Notes under the pieces: generated by a model
What the model was told of the DNA's origin: nothing
The model's input: only the letters and a program-made list of their open reading frames with translations
The model's database searches: none
Assembly (NCBI GenBank): GCA_003614675.1
Contig: ML002383.1
Coordinates: forward strand, 1 to 35,085
Origin: Dimargaris cristalligena
Taxonomy: Eukaryota
DNA: 35,085 bases
Direction of reading: 5' to 3'
Translations under genes and position numbers: made by a program
Part shown: in pieces, positions 33,793 to 35,085 of the stretch
Layout: every line of letters starts with the position of its first letter
How positions within the stretch are numbered: position 1 is the first letter of the stretch

Positions 33793-35085
33793 TTAGTCCT
33801 CAACCATATCCTCGCCGTCGTATTCATCCAACTCAGACTCCGCCAACGCCGCGAGGGAGAAGCCCTTAAATGGAGCGGCTACCCCTGGACGAGCAAATGA
33901 CGCACCGGGTAGAGGCGTCACGGTGGCTGAATCTACATCCGTACTGACCTCGGGGGAATCCTGGCCCGTGGTCACATTGGGCACAAGGGAAAAGGCCACT
34001 GGTGTAGACGCGGTTAGCGAGAGAGTCGGAGGTGGGCCCGATAAGAGGGTCGAGGAGCTACTGGAAGCGGTGAAAGCCGGGGGCGGCATAAACTGAGGTC
34101 GCGCGATAGGCGGTGCACCCGCACTAATTCGAGTAAGTGGGGTTATCGCGGTAGACGGTGTTTCGTCATGGGCCGAGAACACTCGATGGCTGCCACCCGC
34201 AAGCGTACGGTCGCTGGCCAAGGTGCAGGAGTCATTCAGTAAAGACATTGCGCCATGATCATCGGTATCATCATTATTACTACCAGCGGCGGAGGAAGAA
34301 GCCGAGGCATTATTGGGGGTCACGAATTGGTTTCCCACACGGAAATTCAATCGGGTAGGGAGGGCGGGTACGGCAAAAGGTCTTCCGCCGCCGGGGACGG
34401 CCGGAAGCCCCAGGGATCCATTATGGCCGATTCGCCCATACATGGGGGCCATTGCATTATCGGACTGGTCAAAGGGATCGCGGGGGGGTCCAGTTACGGT
34501 GGGGGTGACAAACTGGGACGACGCTCCGGATGAAGTAGCGGAAATGGTAAGGGGGCCCATACCCCTACCGCTTTCCCCCGACGAGTCAACGGGCGTAGCG
34601 GTCAGCATACTGAAGTCGTTGGTTAACCCAGTCGGCAGACCCAGCGGTTGGATTCGCGATAGCTCTGCCTCGGATGGGGTAATATACCGCTGGTGTTGGG
34701 GTGGTCCACGCAGGGGTCGTCCTCCGGGGGCCGGTGGACTGATCATATGGAAAGAAAGGGATGATGCACCCAAACGGACCACGGGCGTGGCTTCGTCACT
34801 CATGAATGAATCCATAGAAGTAATGGGTGCCTGGGGGGATAGATGTGCGGTTTGATCCGCATCGTCATCCTCTTCCGTGCCTACATGCTGGCTAGATTCG
34901 GCATACTCGTACTCGATCTCATCGGTGGCCCGCTCAATGTCGGCGTCTAGGTCCCTTTCCTCCAGTTCGAACTGGGAGTTCATCTCATCCTCCTCCTCCT
35001 CCTCCTCCGCCTCCCCGTCTTCGTATTCCGGTTCGGCGGAATTGTATCCGTCTTCGTGTTCTTCCTTCATAAGCTCATCCACCCG
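33793..35085 (-). CDS. 3' part (>=430 aa) of a gene truncated by the window edge; acidic then S/T/P-rich disordered protein; tentative resemblance to fungal APC/C subunit Apc15/Mnd2
   Basis: The frame is open from the right edge (RVDELMKEE...) to TAA at 33793 with coding-like GC content. A poly-Glu tract followed by EERDLDADIE recalls the C-terminal acidic motif of fungal Apc15p proteins, from memory only. Confidence refers to it being coding; the family call is weak. Confidence 0.75.
   Translation of the reverse strand, partial: RVDELMKEEHEDGYNSAEPEYEDGEAEEEEEEDEMNSQFELEERDLDADIERATDEIEYEYAESSQHVGTEEDDDADQTAHLSPQAPITSMDSFMSDEATPVVRLGASSLSFHMISPPAPGGRPLRGPPQHQRYITPSEAELSRIQPLGLPTGLTNDFSMLTATPVDSSGESGRGMGPLTISATSSGASSQFVTPTVTGPPRDPFDQSDNAMAPMYGRIGHNGSLGLPAVPGGGRPFAVPALPTRLNFRVGNQFVTPNNASASSSAAGSNNDDTDDHGAMSLLNDSCTLASDRTLAGGSHRVFSAHDETPSTAITPLTRISAGAPPIARPQFMPPPAFTASSSSSTLLSGPPPTLSLTASTPVAFSLVPNVTTGQDSPEVSTDVDSATVTPLPGASFARPGVAAPFKGFSLAALAESELDEYDGEDMVED

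Overview
Eukaryotic genomic DNA, most likely fungal. Introns are GT-AG and about 175-270 nt. An early-diverging, non-ascomycete lineage is inferred but not shown. Gene order: 5' part of cytoplasmic dynein heavy chain (-, runs off the left edge); DUF1295 membrane protein (+); 3-exon PA-TM-RING-H2 E3 ligase (-); a 2-exon orphan combining a signal peptide with an F-box, isolated in gene-poor DNA (-); a ~1.2 kb island almost free of CpG and rich in TpA (RIP-like or 5mC-deamination relic); 5-exon mitochondrial presequence protease Cym1/PreP (-); a frameshifted M3A thimet-oligopeptidase paralogue with a degenerate active-site loop (-); a possible stop-riddled pseudogene; F-BAR/DEP/RhoGAP of the Rgd2/Rga8 type (-); 3-exon proteasome alpha-7 (PRE10) (-); and the acidic, disordered 3' end of a gene running off the right edge. 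The best candidates for new biology are the putatively secreted F-box protein (possible host SCF-hijacking effector) and the adjacent RIP-like mutational island. I found no convincing tRNA, rRNA, CRISPR array or intact mobile element. All exon boundaries were read by hand and checked for phase.
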